A stretch of DNA of 64,000 nucleotides, taken from NCBI GenBank assembly GCA_050187295.1, contig JBFWXQ010000001.1, positions 27,574 through 91,573 of the forward strand, in the 5' to 3' direction. The translations under genes and the position numbers were made by a program. The number at the start of each line of letters is the position of its first letter. Positions within the stretch are counted from its first letter, which is position 1. The notes under the pieces are model-generated. The model was given only the letters and a program-made list of their open reading frames with translations. It was not told the origin of the DNA and ran no database searches. Source of the DNA: Blastocatellales bacterium. GTDB taxonomy: Bacteria; Acidobacteriota; Blastocatellia; RBC074. Positions 12,030 to 21,681 of the stretch are shown one piece after another.

Positions 12030-13772
12030 ATGGACATCTCTTCTCACGATGTTCTGCTGGTTGGTGGTGGTGGTGCGGGCTTAAGAGCCGCCATCGCTGT
12101 TTCTGAGTTCAATCCAAAATTAAGCGTCGCTGTCGTCTCAAAGGTTTACCCGATGCGCAGCCATACGGTTTCAGCCGAAGGCGGAGCCGCTGGCGTAATC
12201 AAATCGGGTGATTCGTTGGACGAACACGCCTACGACACAATCTCCGGCGGCGATTGGATGTGCGATCAGGACGCCGTCGAAGCCTTCGTCAAAGAAGCTC
12301 CCAAAGAATTGCTACGTCTGGAACACTGGGGCTGTCCGTGGAGCCGCGAGCCGGATGGTCATATTGCCGTCCGTCCGTTCGGCGGCATGAAAAAAGAGCG
12401 CACGTGGTTTGCCGCGGACAAAACCGGATTCCACATGCTGCACGCGCTGTTTCAGACCTCGCTGAAATACGATCCCATCAAACGTTACGACGAATGGTTT
12501 GTGACGAAGTTGCTGGTTGATGACGGACGCGTGCAGGGCGTCGTCGCCATCGAACTGATGAGCGGCAAAATCCAGTGCATTCTGGCCAAAGCTGTCATCA
12601 TCTGCACAGGCGGCGCGGGCAAGGTTTTTCCGTTCACCACCAATGCCAACATCAAATGCGGCGACGGAATGTCTCTGGCTTTCCGCGCGGGCGTGCCGCT
12701 GAAAGACATGGAGTTCATCCAATACCATCCGACGGGACTTCCTTTCACCGGCATTCTGATCACCGAAGCCGCGCGCGCTGAAGGCGGATGGATGCTGAAC
12801 AAGGACGGTTATCGTTATTTGCAGGATTACGATCTGGGCACGCCTTCGCCGACGCCCGTTTTGCGTTCGATGGAATTGGGGCCGCGCGACCGTTTGTCGC
12901 AAGCCTTCGTCAAAGAGTTTGAACGCGGACGAACGATTGAAACTCCTTACGGCCACGTAGTTCATTTGGACATTCGCCATCTGGGCGAAAAGAAGATCAA
13001 CGCCAAGATTCCTTTCGTTCGCGAACTGTGCCTGAAGTATCAGGGCATTGATCCGGTCAAAGAAATGATTCCTGTTCGTCCGGTCGTGCATTACGTGATG
13101 GGCGGAGTTCACACGGACATCAACGCCGCCACGCCGATCAAAGGTTTGTATGCCGCCGGCGAAGCCGCATGCGTCAGCATCAACGGCGCGAATCGGCTGG
13201 GGTCGAATTCGTTGACTGAATGTCTGGTCTTCGGCGCGCGCGCTGGCAACGCCGCAGCCGAATTCGCTTCCAGTCAATCTGAACCTGGCAGTCAGATTGT
13301 CGCGCAAGCGCTGGACGAAGCTCGCCGCGTGGAATCTCAATACCTGAACAAAACCACCGGACGCGAACGCATCGCCGACATCCGCACCGAAATGCAGAAA
13401 GCTATGGAAGACGGCGCGGGTATTTATCGCACGCAGGATTCGCTGGCCGCCGCCGCCACTAAGATCGCCGAATTGCAGGAACGATTCCGCGACATCGCCA
13501 TCGAAGATCACAGCCATACTTTCAACACTGAACTGACCGTGGCGCTGGAGCTTTCCTATATGCTGGACGTGGCCGGAGCGATGATCCAATCGGCGCTGCA
13601 ACGCCAGGAATCGCGCGGTTCGCATCAGCGAACTGATTTTCCAAAACGCGACGACGAAAAGTTCCTCGCTCATTCTTTGGCTTATCGAAATGAAGACGGT
13701 TCTACGCGAATCGAGTACCTGCCTGTGAAGATTACGCGCTGGCCGCCGGGCGAGCGCGTTTATGGAAGATAG
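12030..13772 (+). CDS. frdA: Fumarate reductase/succinate dehydrogenase flavoprotein subunit (second paralog)
   Basis: '[13 protein letters not shown]', '[11 protein letters not shown]', 'RSHQRTDFP'; 580 aa. Confidence 0.9.
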   Translation: MDISSHDVLLVGGGGAGLRAAIAVSEFNPKLSVAVVSKVYPMRSHTVSAEGGAAGVIKSGDSLDEHAYDTISGGDWMCDQDAVEAFVKEAPKELLRLEHWGCPWSREPDGHIAVRPFGGMKKERTWFAADKTGFHMLHALFQTSLKYDPIKRYDEWFVTKLLVDDGRVQGVVAIELMSGKIQCILAKAVIICTGGAGKVFPFTTNANIKCGDGMSLAFRAGVPLKDMEFIQYHPTGLPFTGILITEAARAEGGWMLNKDGYRYLQDYDLGTPSPTPVLRSMELGPRDRLSQAFVKEFERGRTIETPYGHVVHLDIRHLGEKKINAKIPFVRELCLKYQGIDPVKEMIPVRPVVHYVMGGVHTDINAATPIKGLYAAGEAACVSINGANRLGSNSLTECLVFGARAGNAAAEFASSQSEPGSQIVAQALDEARRVESQYLNKTTGRERIADIRTEMQKAMEDGAGIYRTQDSLAAAATKIAELQERFRDIAIEDHSHTFNTELTVALELSYMLDVAGAMIQSALQRQESRGSHQRTDFPKRDDEKFLAHSLAYRNEDGSTRIEYLPVKITRWPPGERVYGR

Positions 13773-13777
13773 ATCAC

Positions 13778-13888
13778 CCTTATAGCAGTTTTCAGGTGCG
13801 TGCGACTTATTCACGCGGGAATTGCAGGGCCGGCTAATAACCTGTTCTACACCTCAAAGGTCGCACTCAGCTACAAACCGCTATAAAA
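13778..13888. repeat. MITE/REP-like intergenic repeat between frdA and frdB. Core CCTTATAGCAGTTTTCAGGTGNGTGCGACTTATNCACGCGGGAAT with TTATAGCNGTT terminal inverted repeats.
   Basis: The 45-nt core at 13778-13822 is nearly identical to 36767-36811. The ends 'ttatagcagtt' and 'aaccgctataa' are inverted repeats. 'taataacctgt' is shared with the 36.8-kb copy. Confidence 0.45.
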
Positions 13889-13922
13889 GTTGCGCAGATG
13901 TTCCAACCGGAGAAATTTGACA

Positions 13923-14663
13923 ATGGCTGAAACAATCAAACTTGAAGTTGCACGCTATCGTCCCGAACAGGAAGCCGAGCCGACGTTCCAAAGCTTTGAA
14001 GTTCCTTTGCGAAAGGACTGGGTCGTGCTGGACGCCTTGAATTACATCAAGGACAGGCAAGACGGCTCGCTTTCTTATCGTTGGTCTTGCCGCATGGGCG
14101 TCTGCGGAAGTTGCGGGATGATGGTCAATGGCGAACCGAAGCTGACTTGCGCGACTTTTCTGACGCATTACGCACCGGGGCCGATCAAGGTCGAACCGCT
14201 TCGTTATTTTCCCATTGTGCGCGACCTGGTTGTCGAAATCACCGGTTTCATGGAAAAGCTGAAAAGCGTCAAGCCCTGGATTCTGCGCGACGAAGAGAAA
14301 CCTGTTGACGAAGGTGAATACCTGCAAACCCCTGCGCAATTGGACAACTACAAACAGTTCAGCATGTGCATCAACTGTCTGTGCTGTTACGCTGCCTGTC
14401 CGGTTGTCGGATTGGATCAGCACTTCGTCGGGCCTGCAGCCATCGCGCTGGCTCAGCGATACAACAACGATTCGCGCGACGAAGGCAACGAAGAACGATT
14501 GGACATTCTGTCTCAGCACGATGGAATCTGGGGTTGCACCTTCAACGGCGAATGTTCAAAGGCTTGTCCGAAGAGCGTTGATCCGGCGGGCGCAATTCAG
14601 CAGTACAAGATCAAGGCCGTGACTGAATGGTACAAGTCCTGGCTGATGCCGTGGAAACGTTAG
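13923..14663 (+). CDS. frdB: Fumarate reductase/succinate dehydrogenase iron-sulfur subunit (second paralog)
   Basis: '[15 protein letters not shown]', '[12 protein letters not shown]' and '[12 protein letters not shown]' clusters. Start at MAETIKL (ATG 13923) with a GGAGA RBS; the ORF track used an upstream TTG at 13890. Confidence 0.85.
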   Translation: MAETIKLEVARYRPEQEAEPTFQSFEVPLRKDWVVLDALNYIKDRQDGSLSYRWSCRMGVCGSCGMMVNGEPKLTCATFLTHYAPGPIKVEPLRYFPIVRDLVVEITGFMEKLKSVKPWILRDEEKPVDEGEYLQTPAQLDNYKQFSMCINCLCCYAACPVVGLDQHFVGPAAIALAQRYNNDSRDEGNEERLDILSQHDGIWGCTFNGECSKACPKSVDPAGAIQQYKIKAVTEWYKSWLMPWKR

Positions 14664-14741
14664 TGTTCAGCAGGCAAGATGCCCTCAACACCGGGCGAGC
14701 AAGGATGCTCACGCTTCCAGATTCTCCGTAGGAGTTAGGTA

Positions 14742-15161
14742 ATGAAACAAGCTCCAGCTTATACGCTTTATCGTCCGAAGTGGTATCGCAAGCGCGTCTC
14801 TACCTGGTGGTGGGCGCAGCAATGGCGTTCGTTCAAATTCATTCTGCGCGAATTGAGCAGCATCGCTGTTGGATACGTCGTGTTGATTTTGCTCTTGCTG
14901 TTATGGACCCTGAGCCGTGGGCCTGAAAGTTATAACGAACTGATGTCTTGGTTGAAGTGGCCGCCGGTTATTTTGCTCAGTGCCATCGCCTTCCTGTTTG
15001 TCATTTATCATTCGATTACCTGGTTCAATCTGGCGCCGAAAGCGATGCCAATAAGGTTGGGCGGCAAGCGGCTTCCTGATTGGATGATCGCCGCGCCGAA
15101 TTACGTCATGTGGTTGGCGGTTTCGGCAATCATCGTCTGGTTTTTGATTGGAGGGAAATAA
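14742..15161 (+). CDS. frdC: Fumarate reductase membrane anchor subunit C-like
   Basis: 139 aa with 3 TM helices. 'ITWFNLAPKAMPI' matches E. coli FrdC 'KTWFELAPKAANI'. 'KRVSTWWWAQ' resembles FrdC 'MTSTWWKK'. Confidence 0.7.
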   Translation: MKQAPAYTLYRPKWYRKRVSTWWWAQQWRSFKFILRELSSIAVGYVVLILLLLLWTLSRGPESYNELMSWLKWPPVILLSAIAFLFVIYHSITWFNLAPKAMPIRLGGKRLPDWMIAAPNYVMWLAVSAIIVWFLIGGK

Positions 15162-15162
15162 A

Positions 15163-15513
15163 ATGCCCAAAAGATCGAACGAGCCTTTGTTGTGGTCGCT
15201 ATTCGCTTCGGGCGGAATGCTTTCCGCTCTGACCTTTCCGATTCTGATCGTGCTGTTCGGTCTGGCCATCCCGCTTGGATTGCTGGAAACGCCGAGTTAC
15301 GAAAGCTTGATGACGCTGGTGCGGCATCCTCTGACGAGGTTGGTATTATTTGGGCTTTGTTCATTGCCGCTATTTCACGGAGCGCATCGTTTCCGGTTTA
15401 CGCTTTACGATGGATTGCAGATCAAACATCTAAACGAATTGATTGCGGTTTTCTGTTACGGCAGCGCAATTGTCGGGACAGCACTGGCAGCTTATCTGTT
15501 GTGGAACATTTGA
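15163..15513 (+). CDS. frdD: Fumarate reductase membrane anchor subunit D-like
   Basis: 'MPKRSNEPLLWSLFASGGMLSALTFPILIVLFGL…LPLGL' parallels E. coli FrdD '[23 protein letters not shown]…LPLGL'. ATG 15163 lies 2 nt after the frdC stop, preceded by GGAGGG. Confidence 0.7.
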   Translation: MPKRSNEPLLWSLFASGGMLSALTFPILIVLFGLAIPLGLLETPSYESLMTLVRHPLTRLVLFGLCSLPLFHGAHRFRFTLYDGLQIKHLNELIAVFCYGSAIVGTALAAYLLWNI

Positions 15514-15574
15514 TTGCAGAGGGGTAAGGACGTCGAGTTGTAGTCAATCAAAAAAATGGCTTTGCGGAGGAATC

Positions 15575-16072
15575 ATGTTCGAGCTGAAAAAAATACATCA
15601 GGATGCCATCGCGCAGGCTTTGGAAAGAGCGCACTTTTATCGACTGCTGAACGAACCCGGAGCGGCGGAAAGCATTTGTCTGGATGTGCTGGAAGTTGAC
15701 CCTGACAATCAGCAGGCGCTGATCACCTTGCTGACAGCCATCACGGATCGTTTCAATAAAGGATATGCGGTTGGAGCGACGCTGGCCAAAGATGTTCTGC
15801 CGCGTATCAAGGATGATTATCAGCGGGCTTATTACGCAGGATTGATTTGCGAGCGTCAGGCCAAGGCGAGGTTACAGCACGGCGGCCCCGGTTCCAAGTA
15901 CGATGCTTACGAATTGTTGCGCGACGCGATGGAACATTTCGAAAAAGCCGAGGCCTGTCGTCCCACAGGCAATGACGATTCGATTTTGCGCTGGAATGCC
16001 TGCGCCAGAATGATCATGCAGAACAACCTGTCAGCCAGAGCTTCAGATAATTCCGAGCCGTATCTGGAATGA
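15575..16072 (+). CDS. Hypothetical helical protein, 165 aa
   Basis: Start chosen at MFELKK (ATG 15575) with a GGAGGAA RBS. No recognisable motif. Follows frdD by 60 nt. Confidence 0.4.
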   Translation: MFELKKIHQDAIAQALERAHFYRLLNEPGAAESICLDVLEVDPDNQQALITLLTAITDRFNKGYAVGATLAKDVLPRIKDDYQRAYYAGLICERQAKARLQHGGPGSKYDAYELLRDAMEHFEKAEACRPTGNDDSILRWNACARMIMQNNLSARASDNSEPYLE

Positions 16073-16140
16073 ATGTTCGGTCAGGTATCACAAGTAGCCC
16101 TGAGTGTTATTGCTGATTCAAACAGGCAATAATTTCAAGC

Positions 16141-17169
16141 TCAGTTTTGCCAGATGTCAGTAGCGATTCCCACATCCAGCATTTGCCGAGCGCCGTTGAT
16201 GACAGCCATCATCGGATCATCAGCCACTCGCACATCCAGTGAAGTTGCCGCCGCCAATCGCTCAGGCAATCCCTGCAATTGAGCGCCTCCGCCTGTCAGG
16301 CAGATTCCGTTTTCGATCACCTCGCATGAGGTTTCCTCTGGTAATTTGCGAACTGTGTTGTGAATGGCTTCGACTATGTTTTCCAGAATCGGTTCGATGG
16401 CTTCGTTCAGGTCGTGGCTGCTGACGCACAAATCCAAAGGTTCGCCGGTCAGCAAATCTGTTCCGGTGGTGACGACCAGTTCTTCCTGTTCGTAATCGAA
16501 GCTTGCGCCGATCAACTGCATCAGCCGCTCGGCCTCCTGCGGAAACAGCAGCACACCGTGACGAAAGGAAACCATTTGTGCGACGGCGTTGCGCAGATCG
16601 CTGCAAGCCGTTCGAACTGCTGAAGTCAAAATCAGATTTCCGGAACGAACCACGGCGATGTCCGTCACGCCGTCGCCTATGTCCACGATCATCTGAGCGT
16701 AATGCGATGCGACGTCCAATCCTGCGCCGATGGCCGCGGCCAGAGGTTCGGGCGCGATGTAAACTTCGGAAGCTCCCGCGCGCTGAGCAGCTTCGATCAA
16801 TGCGGCGCGTTCTTCTTCGCAGGCGTCGGTCGGAGCGCATGCCAGCACACGCGGTTTGAACAGACCGAACCGTTGAGCGCGTTTCAAAAATGGTTTGAGC
16901 AGAGAGCTGGCGGCTTCGATGTCGGCGACGACTCCGGCGTGAAGTGGAGATACCGTCGGAGAATACGGATCAACGTTGGCCAGCCAGGCGGCTTCGGCGC
17001 CGACGGCTTCGACTTCGCCGGTGTAAGGTTGAAAACGAATGAGCGACGGTTCGTCGGCGATCAATCCGTGACCAAGCGCATAAAGACGAGTGTTGGCGGT
17101 TCCAAGATCAATTGCCAGATCGGGCGGAGCGACGAGTTTTCGTAAGCCTGCGGTAATGCCTCGAGGCAT
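16141..17169 (-). CDS. mreB: MreB/Mbl-like actin-family ATPase (divergent rod-shape protein homolog)
   Basis: 'AIDLGTANTRLY', 'EPSLIRF', 'VDIGDGVTDIAVV' and the C-terminal 'LTGGGAQLQGLPERL…VADDPMMAVINGA' match MreB phosphate-1, connect and adenosine motifs. No mreC or mreD follows. Confidence 0.7.
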   Translation of the reverse strand: MPRGITAGLRKLVAPPDLAIDLGTANTRLYALGHGLIADEPSLIRFQPYTGEVEAVGAEAAWLANVDPYSPTVSPLHAGVVADIEAASSLLKPFLKRAQRFGLFKPRVLACAPTDACEEERAALIEAAQRAGASEVYIAPEPLAAAIGAGLDVASHYAQMIVDIGDGVTDIAVVRSGNLILTSAVRTACSDLRNAVAQMVSFRHGVLLFPQEAERLMQLIGASFDYEQEELVVTTGTDLLTGEPLDLCVSSHDLNEAIEPILENIVEAIHNTVRKLPEETSCEVIENGICLTGGGAQLQGLPERLAAATSLDVRVADDPMMAVINGARQMLDVGIATDIWQN

Positions 17170-17244
17170 GAAGACATCCTTTTGGTTTGCTCAGGGGGGA
17201 AGAGCAGTTAACAACTTGGGGACAACACAGACGCCAACATCAAT

Positions 17245-18102
17245 TCAATTGATCGTCAGTAACGAGATTTCGGGCGGAACGCCGAAACGAACCGGGATAA
17301 TGCTGGTTCCTATGCCTGGTGTCACGAACAAATGCTTGCCGTCTTCGATGATGTGGCCAATTGCGAATCGTTGGCCAAAATTGGACGGAATGATCGGCCG
17401 TCCAATCAGCGGCAATGCCACCTGTCCGCCGTGAGTATGACCGGCAATGGTCAGCGAAACTCGTTTCGGAACGGCTGGAAACAGATCGGGGTTGTGAGTA
17501 AATGCGATGATTGGCGAATCGTCAGCAATATGCTTCAGCGTTTCGTTTATCTTCGGATTGCCTTCCCATTCATCGGCAAACCCTGCCAGCCAAAATGACC
17601 GGCCTTTCAATTCGATCTTTACAGCCTGATTGTCAAGAACTCGAATACCCGCTAATTCAAGTGGGTTCCGAACACGAGCGGCATTATACCACCAGTCGTG
17701 ATTTCCCAAAGTGGCGAAGACTCCGCCTTCGGCTTTCAGCGTTTTTAACTCGACGGCAAGCGTTTCCGGTTCGATAAAACTGCCACCGATTACATCCTGA
17801 ATGACGAAATCACCGGCCAGCAGAATCAGGTCAGGTTGCTGGCTGTTCGTCATTTCAACCATTCGCCGAATCTTTTCAATGGTGATGTGCGGCGAACCCG
17901 CGTGAATGTCCGAAATCGCCGCCACGCGCAATCCATTCAACTCCGCCGGGCAGGGAATCAACTTGATCGTCGTTTCCCTGACAATCAAACGATCAGGTTC
18001 GATTGCGACAGCATATACGGCCAGCGAAATCGCAACGGCGATCAGCGAAAGCAGAACTATCTTGCCGCGAGGCCATCGCCGCCTTGAGCTTGTTTCATTC
18101 AA
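17245..18102 (-). CDS. Metallophosphoesterase (calcineurin-like) with an N-terminal TM helix
   Basis: 'AAISDIHAG', 'LAGDFV', 'GNHDWW' and 'GHTHGG' metal-ligand motifs; 285 aa. Confidence 0.8.
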   Translation of the reverse strand: MNETSSRRRWPRGKIVLLSLIAVAISLAVYAVAIEPDRLIVRETTIKLIPCPAELNGLRVAAISDIHAGSPHITIEKIRRMVEMTNSQQPDLILLAGDFVIQDVIGGSFIEPETLAVELKTLKAEGGVFATLGNHDWWYNAARVRNPLELAGIRVLDNQAVKIELKGRSFWLAGFADEWEGNPKINETLKHIADDSPIIAFTHNPDLFPAVPKRVSLTIAGHTHGGQVALPLIGRPIIPSNFGQRFAIGHIIEDGKHLFVTPGIGTSIIPVRFGVPPEISLLTIN

Positions 18103-18155
18103 TGGGCTTTACCTCCATTCTTTCATCAACTTACGAATTATTTTTGACAGACCTC

Positions 18156-18184
18156 TTGACGATCTCTGATCCGATGCCTATTAT
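18156..18184 (+). promoter_or_regulatory. Sigma-70-like promoter candidate for the 18417 gene
   Basis: TTGACG (18156-18161), a 17-nt spacer, then TATTAT (18179-18184). Confidence 0.35.
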
Positions 18185-18416
18185 CCCGCCAGCTTTTTTA
18201 CAAAAACAGCCCTTTAATGCCCCCCCCTAAAACTTCTTCTACACACGCTACGCCAGATCAGTTCTTTAGTCGCACTGAAACATTGAATTCAATCAGCGGC
18301 CACACAAATTCAAATTTGACACGGGCCCCGACAGTTTCCTCCGATACGTTCTTTCAGATTGGCAGCTTGCCGCCTGAATATAGCAACAATAGTCTTTACG
18401 AAAGGAGAAACTTTCC

Positions 18417-19509
18417 ATGTCTAAAATCTTATTTGCAACAGTGACTCTTTTGTTTGTCTCCGCTTCCGCATTCGCTCAATCCCAACTGGGGAGGGGGGCA
18501 GTTTCCACCTCTCACTGCTGAGCAATTGCGCATCTTTACCGGATTGAACAAATCAATCCCAAATAAAGAGTTTGAACGCCGCATGCGAACCTTGTCCGAT
18601 CAGGCGACGGCAGAAAACTCAACATCCGCTGTTGCGGTTGAGGTGACAAACTCGGCTTCACTTCTTCCATGTACTCCCGGATCCCCGAATACCAATAAAT
18701 GCACCAACGGAATGTTTGTGACGTTTTACATCGGGCCGAACGCCACAAGCGTGACCGGGACGTTTAATTTTCCCTGGCCACAAATACTCGATGATCATTT
18801 TCAGCTTCGATTTGAATCCTGTGGGACTTTTCCAAACAACTCCATCGCCATGGCTATCCTTGGGGTTTACCAGCAGGATGGTTACCAGCAGGTGAACGCT
18901 TATGTGCAGGGAGACGAGCTAATAACTCAAGGGGAGCCATTCGGCCAATGCAACCCGATCAACGGAACATTGCCAAACGCCGCATTTAACATTGTGGCAG
19001 CTCCCAGTTCGCCTTTCCGCATTGCCAACGGGAACCAACAGAATTACTTCAAATTCGTGAATCTGGAGAAAGCTACGCCCGGCATATTTTCCGCCAATGG
19101 CAGTGGCGTTAACGGAGCGCCCGCCGGATTCCATCTGAAGTATGTAAATGGAGCGCCGATATACACTGCGCTTGCCACCTGCAACACAGATCCGTCGCAA
19201 TGTCCAATCACTACCAACGGACAAACCAATTACCTGGTTTTGTACACGACAGGCGGCGAAAACATTCAATGTGGGTCCTTGCCAGCATGTATGGCGGTAC
19301 CAGAAAGACCTGGGATTTCCTTCAAAAACCCTGCGGGTACAAGCTTCGTCAGGACGCCAATTTTCATCGGAGAGGTTTATCTCGGGCAAGAACAGTGGAA
19401 TATTGCAATAGACACTCTGGTCCCCAACCAGTACACACTGACTGCGGTGTTCGGGGTACGCGACGTATCCAGCCAGGCGCTGACCGTGACGTTTAGCTCC
19501 GGAAATTAA
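18417..19509 (+). pseudogene. Secreted hypothetical protein with a +1 frameshift at a G6 homopolymer. The signal peptide is in frame 0 and the body in frame +1.
   Basis: ATG 18417 follows an AGGAGA RBS and encodes MSKILFATVTLLFVSASAFAQSQLGRGAVSTSHC*. The 351-aa body ORF (18454..19509) is in the +1 frame. The two frames meet at 'ctggggaGGGGGGcag' (~18492-18497); deleting one G gives a continuous signal-peptide protein. Confidence 0.5.
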
Positions 19510-19641
19510 CCCACTTTCCTTTTCCTCAGCCTGCCTTCAGGCCTGCAGGTAGGCTGAGCCCAAGCCTCGTTATAGTGGCTTTACTGGTTGTTATTCAATC
19601 TCAGTTAGCAGATCAATACATGCCTAAAATGGAGTTGTAAG

Positions 19642-21507
19642 ATGTTTAAGTTGTTATTTTTGCCCTTTATTTGTTTGTTGCTGACAGCGCTGGCTTTGCC
19701 TCAAAGCAAGTGGCCTGATTTCGACGTTCGAGCGCATGCCGTATACCCCAATCTGGCCAATGGGAAAATCAGGAGTTTCTCCGGTTGTCTTCGCCTGCTG
19801 GATGATCGAATTTTTTGCGCCGGAGCGACGACGATTGGAGATGGCGGAAAATTTATTCCAACGACTGAGACCGCAATCTACAACCCGCGGACAGGAGAAT
19901 GGACAACGGGAGCGCCATTGCAAGCAGCGCGCAGAACACAGGTGATGAATTTATTGCCGGATGGCTGCGTGTTAATGGTTGGCGGATTTAACGAGATTCC
20001 CGACCCCGGCGGTTATCCTTATAGCGCCGTGCGAAGCGTAGAAATTTATGACCCATACAAAAACAAGTCAGAGTTTGTTCCTATTTCGAACTATACAGGA
20101 GATTATTTCTATAACGCTTTGTTGCAAGCCCCAGTGGGGATTATTTTGCCCGATTCTCGATTGTTGTTAATAGCTCTAACCTCGAGAAACACATTAATCC
20201 TGGACTGGAAGAAAGGGATGGTGGAAATAATTCCCATTCCTCCCGGACACGTTATACACGGCACGACCACGTTATCTTATTTACAGGACGGACGTATTTT
20301 GTGTTCCATTCATCAAATTGATCAATCAGGTGAAAGGCCTACGGATGCGCCGCCGACATTGAGCATTTTTGACCCGGCAAAGAAAGAATGGTCGCTTCTT
20401 CCGATTGAGTCGCCTGCGAATCAGCTATATTCGAGTTGGGCTGTTCTGCCAGCTTTGCCACTGCAACAGTTCATTGCATTCTATACTATGAATATCTGGG
20501 CGGATGAATTTCCAAAGCCGCCCAGTATTGATTTTTTTGATGTAAACAATGGGATCACATCGGGTTTTACGGTTGAACCCATCGCTCAAGATAGCCGGTG
20601 GTTAGTTAATATGACGCCTGCTGAATGGGGTGAGTATCTGGTGGTTGGCAATGAATTGCTTCCCGCGAACAAAGAAAGAATACTTAATCTGAATAACAAA
20701 ACAGTGACATACTTTGATAATCCATTTAGATGGAGGTATGGAACAATACCTCTGTCGAACGGAGATTTTTGGAATCTTGATTACTCCTACCACAATCCGG
20801 TGGATAACCCGTTGAATGCCGTAGTGACAACTTCAGCCAGTTATTCGTTAAAGCCATTGGCGCGCGGGTCGTTGATCACGCTGTTCGGAGAGAATTTGAC
20901 CGAAGGACAAAATGCTCCTCAGATGACATTGCTTACAACGGCGAAGCAACAACTGCCGGTCAGGGTTCTTTTTTCATCGCCTACTCAGATCAACGCAGTA
21001 TTGCCTGACGCGCCTGGAATAGAAGGCCGGGCGCTGATTTGTGCATCGCACTCTTCTCAGCAGAAATGCGCGCCGATTACAATCGTTCGGACGGCGCCGG
21101 ATGTGTTTACTGCGGACGCTTCGGGACGAGGAGCGGCGGCGGCTCTCTTTTATCGAGCTAAAAAAGACGGGACGGAAGGGCGATACGAGCCGGCAACGAC
21201 ATTTGAGAATGGCAAACCAGTTTTGATTCCTGCGCGGCCACCATCTGAAGATGAAGTGTTGTATTTGATCTTATTCGGCACAGGCTGGCGAAATCATGCG
21301 GCGGCAAACGGGCGTTTGAGAGAAGGAGCTTCGGCCTATCTCAACGATACTTCCGCGCCAGTGACTTTCGCGGGAGCGCAAGGAGAGTTTTTCGGACTCG
21401 ACCAGATGAACATTCAAATCGCTCCGTCGCTCAGAGGCAAACAGGTAGTGCAAATCCAGGCAGACGGCAAGCTGGCCAATCCCGTCGAAATAGCTTTGCG
21501 AGATTAG
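19642..21507 (+). CDS. Secreted Kelch/galactose-oxidase-like beta-propeller protein with a TIGR03437-like Acidobacteria C-terminal domain
   Basis: Signal peptide 'MFKLLFLPFICLLLTALALPQ'. Repeated 'DGxVLxVGG…YDP' Kelch-like blades. C-terminus 'VTFAGAQGEFFGLDQMNIQIAPSL…' resembles the end of the 61606..63399 gene. Confidence 0.6.
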   Translation: MFKLLFLPFICLLLTALALPQSKWPDFDVRAHAVYPNLANGKIRSFSGCLRLLDDRIFCAGATTIGDGGKFIPTTETAIYNPRTGEWTTGAPLQAARRTQVMNLLPDGCVLMVGGFNEIPDPGGYPYSAVRSVEIYDPYKNKSEFVPISNYTGDYFYNALLQAPVGIILPDSRLLLIALTSRNTLILDWKKGMVEIIPIPPGHVIHGTTTLSYLQDGRILCSIHQIDQSGERPTDAPPTLSIFDPAKKEWSLLPIESPANQLYSSWAVLPALPLQQFIAFYTMNIWADEFPKPPSIDFFDVNNGITSGFTVEPIAQDSRWLVNMTPAEWGEYLVVGNELLPANKERILNLNNKTVTYFDNPFRWRYGTIPLSNGDFWNLDYSYHNPVDNPLNAVVTTSASYSLKPLARGSLITLFGENLTEGQNAPQMTLLTTAKQQLPVRVLFSSPTQINAVLPDAPGIEGRALICASHSSQQKCAPITIVRTAPDVFTADASGRGAAAALFYRAKKDGTEGRYEPATTFENGKPVLIPARPPSEDEVLYLILFGTGWRNHAAANGRLREGASAYLNDTSAPVTFAGAQGEFFGLDQMNIQIAPSLRGKQVVQIQADGKLANPVEIALRD

Positions 21508-21547
21508 CTTGCCGGGTAATTCAGTCCACAATTCAACCGGTCAAAAG

Positions 21548-21572
21548 GGGCGCTATCAAAGGCATAGCGCCC
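21548..21572 (+). terminator. Stem-loop downstream of the 19642 gene (possible terminator, no T-tract)
   Basis: GGGCGCTAT, loop caaaggc, ATAGCGCCC: a 9-bp perfect stem. Confidence 0.25.
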
Positions 21573-21681
21573 TCGATCCTCTGCCCTCAATCTAAAGCCC
21601 TGGCGCGGCGCATTGCCGCCGTCTAACACCAAATTCAACAACCAGCCCCCGGCAATTCCAACAATAGAAGGAGTATTTCCT

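Noticed and set aside
12312-13814. 500-aa minus-strand ORF antisense to frdA
   Set aside because: It sits fully inside a confidently identified flavoprotein gene, has no recognisable motifs, and is an antisense shadow ORF typical of high GC.
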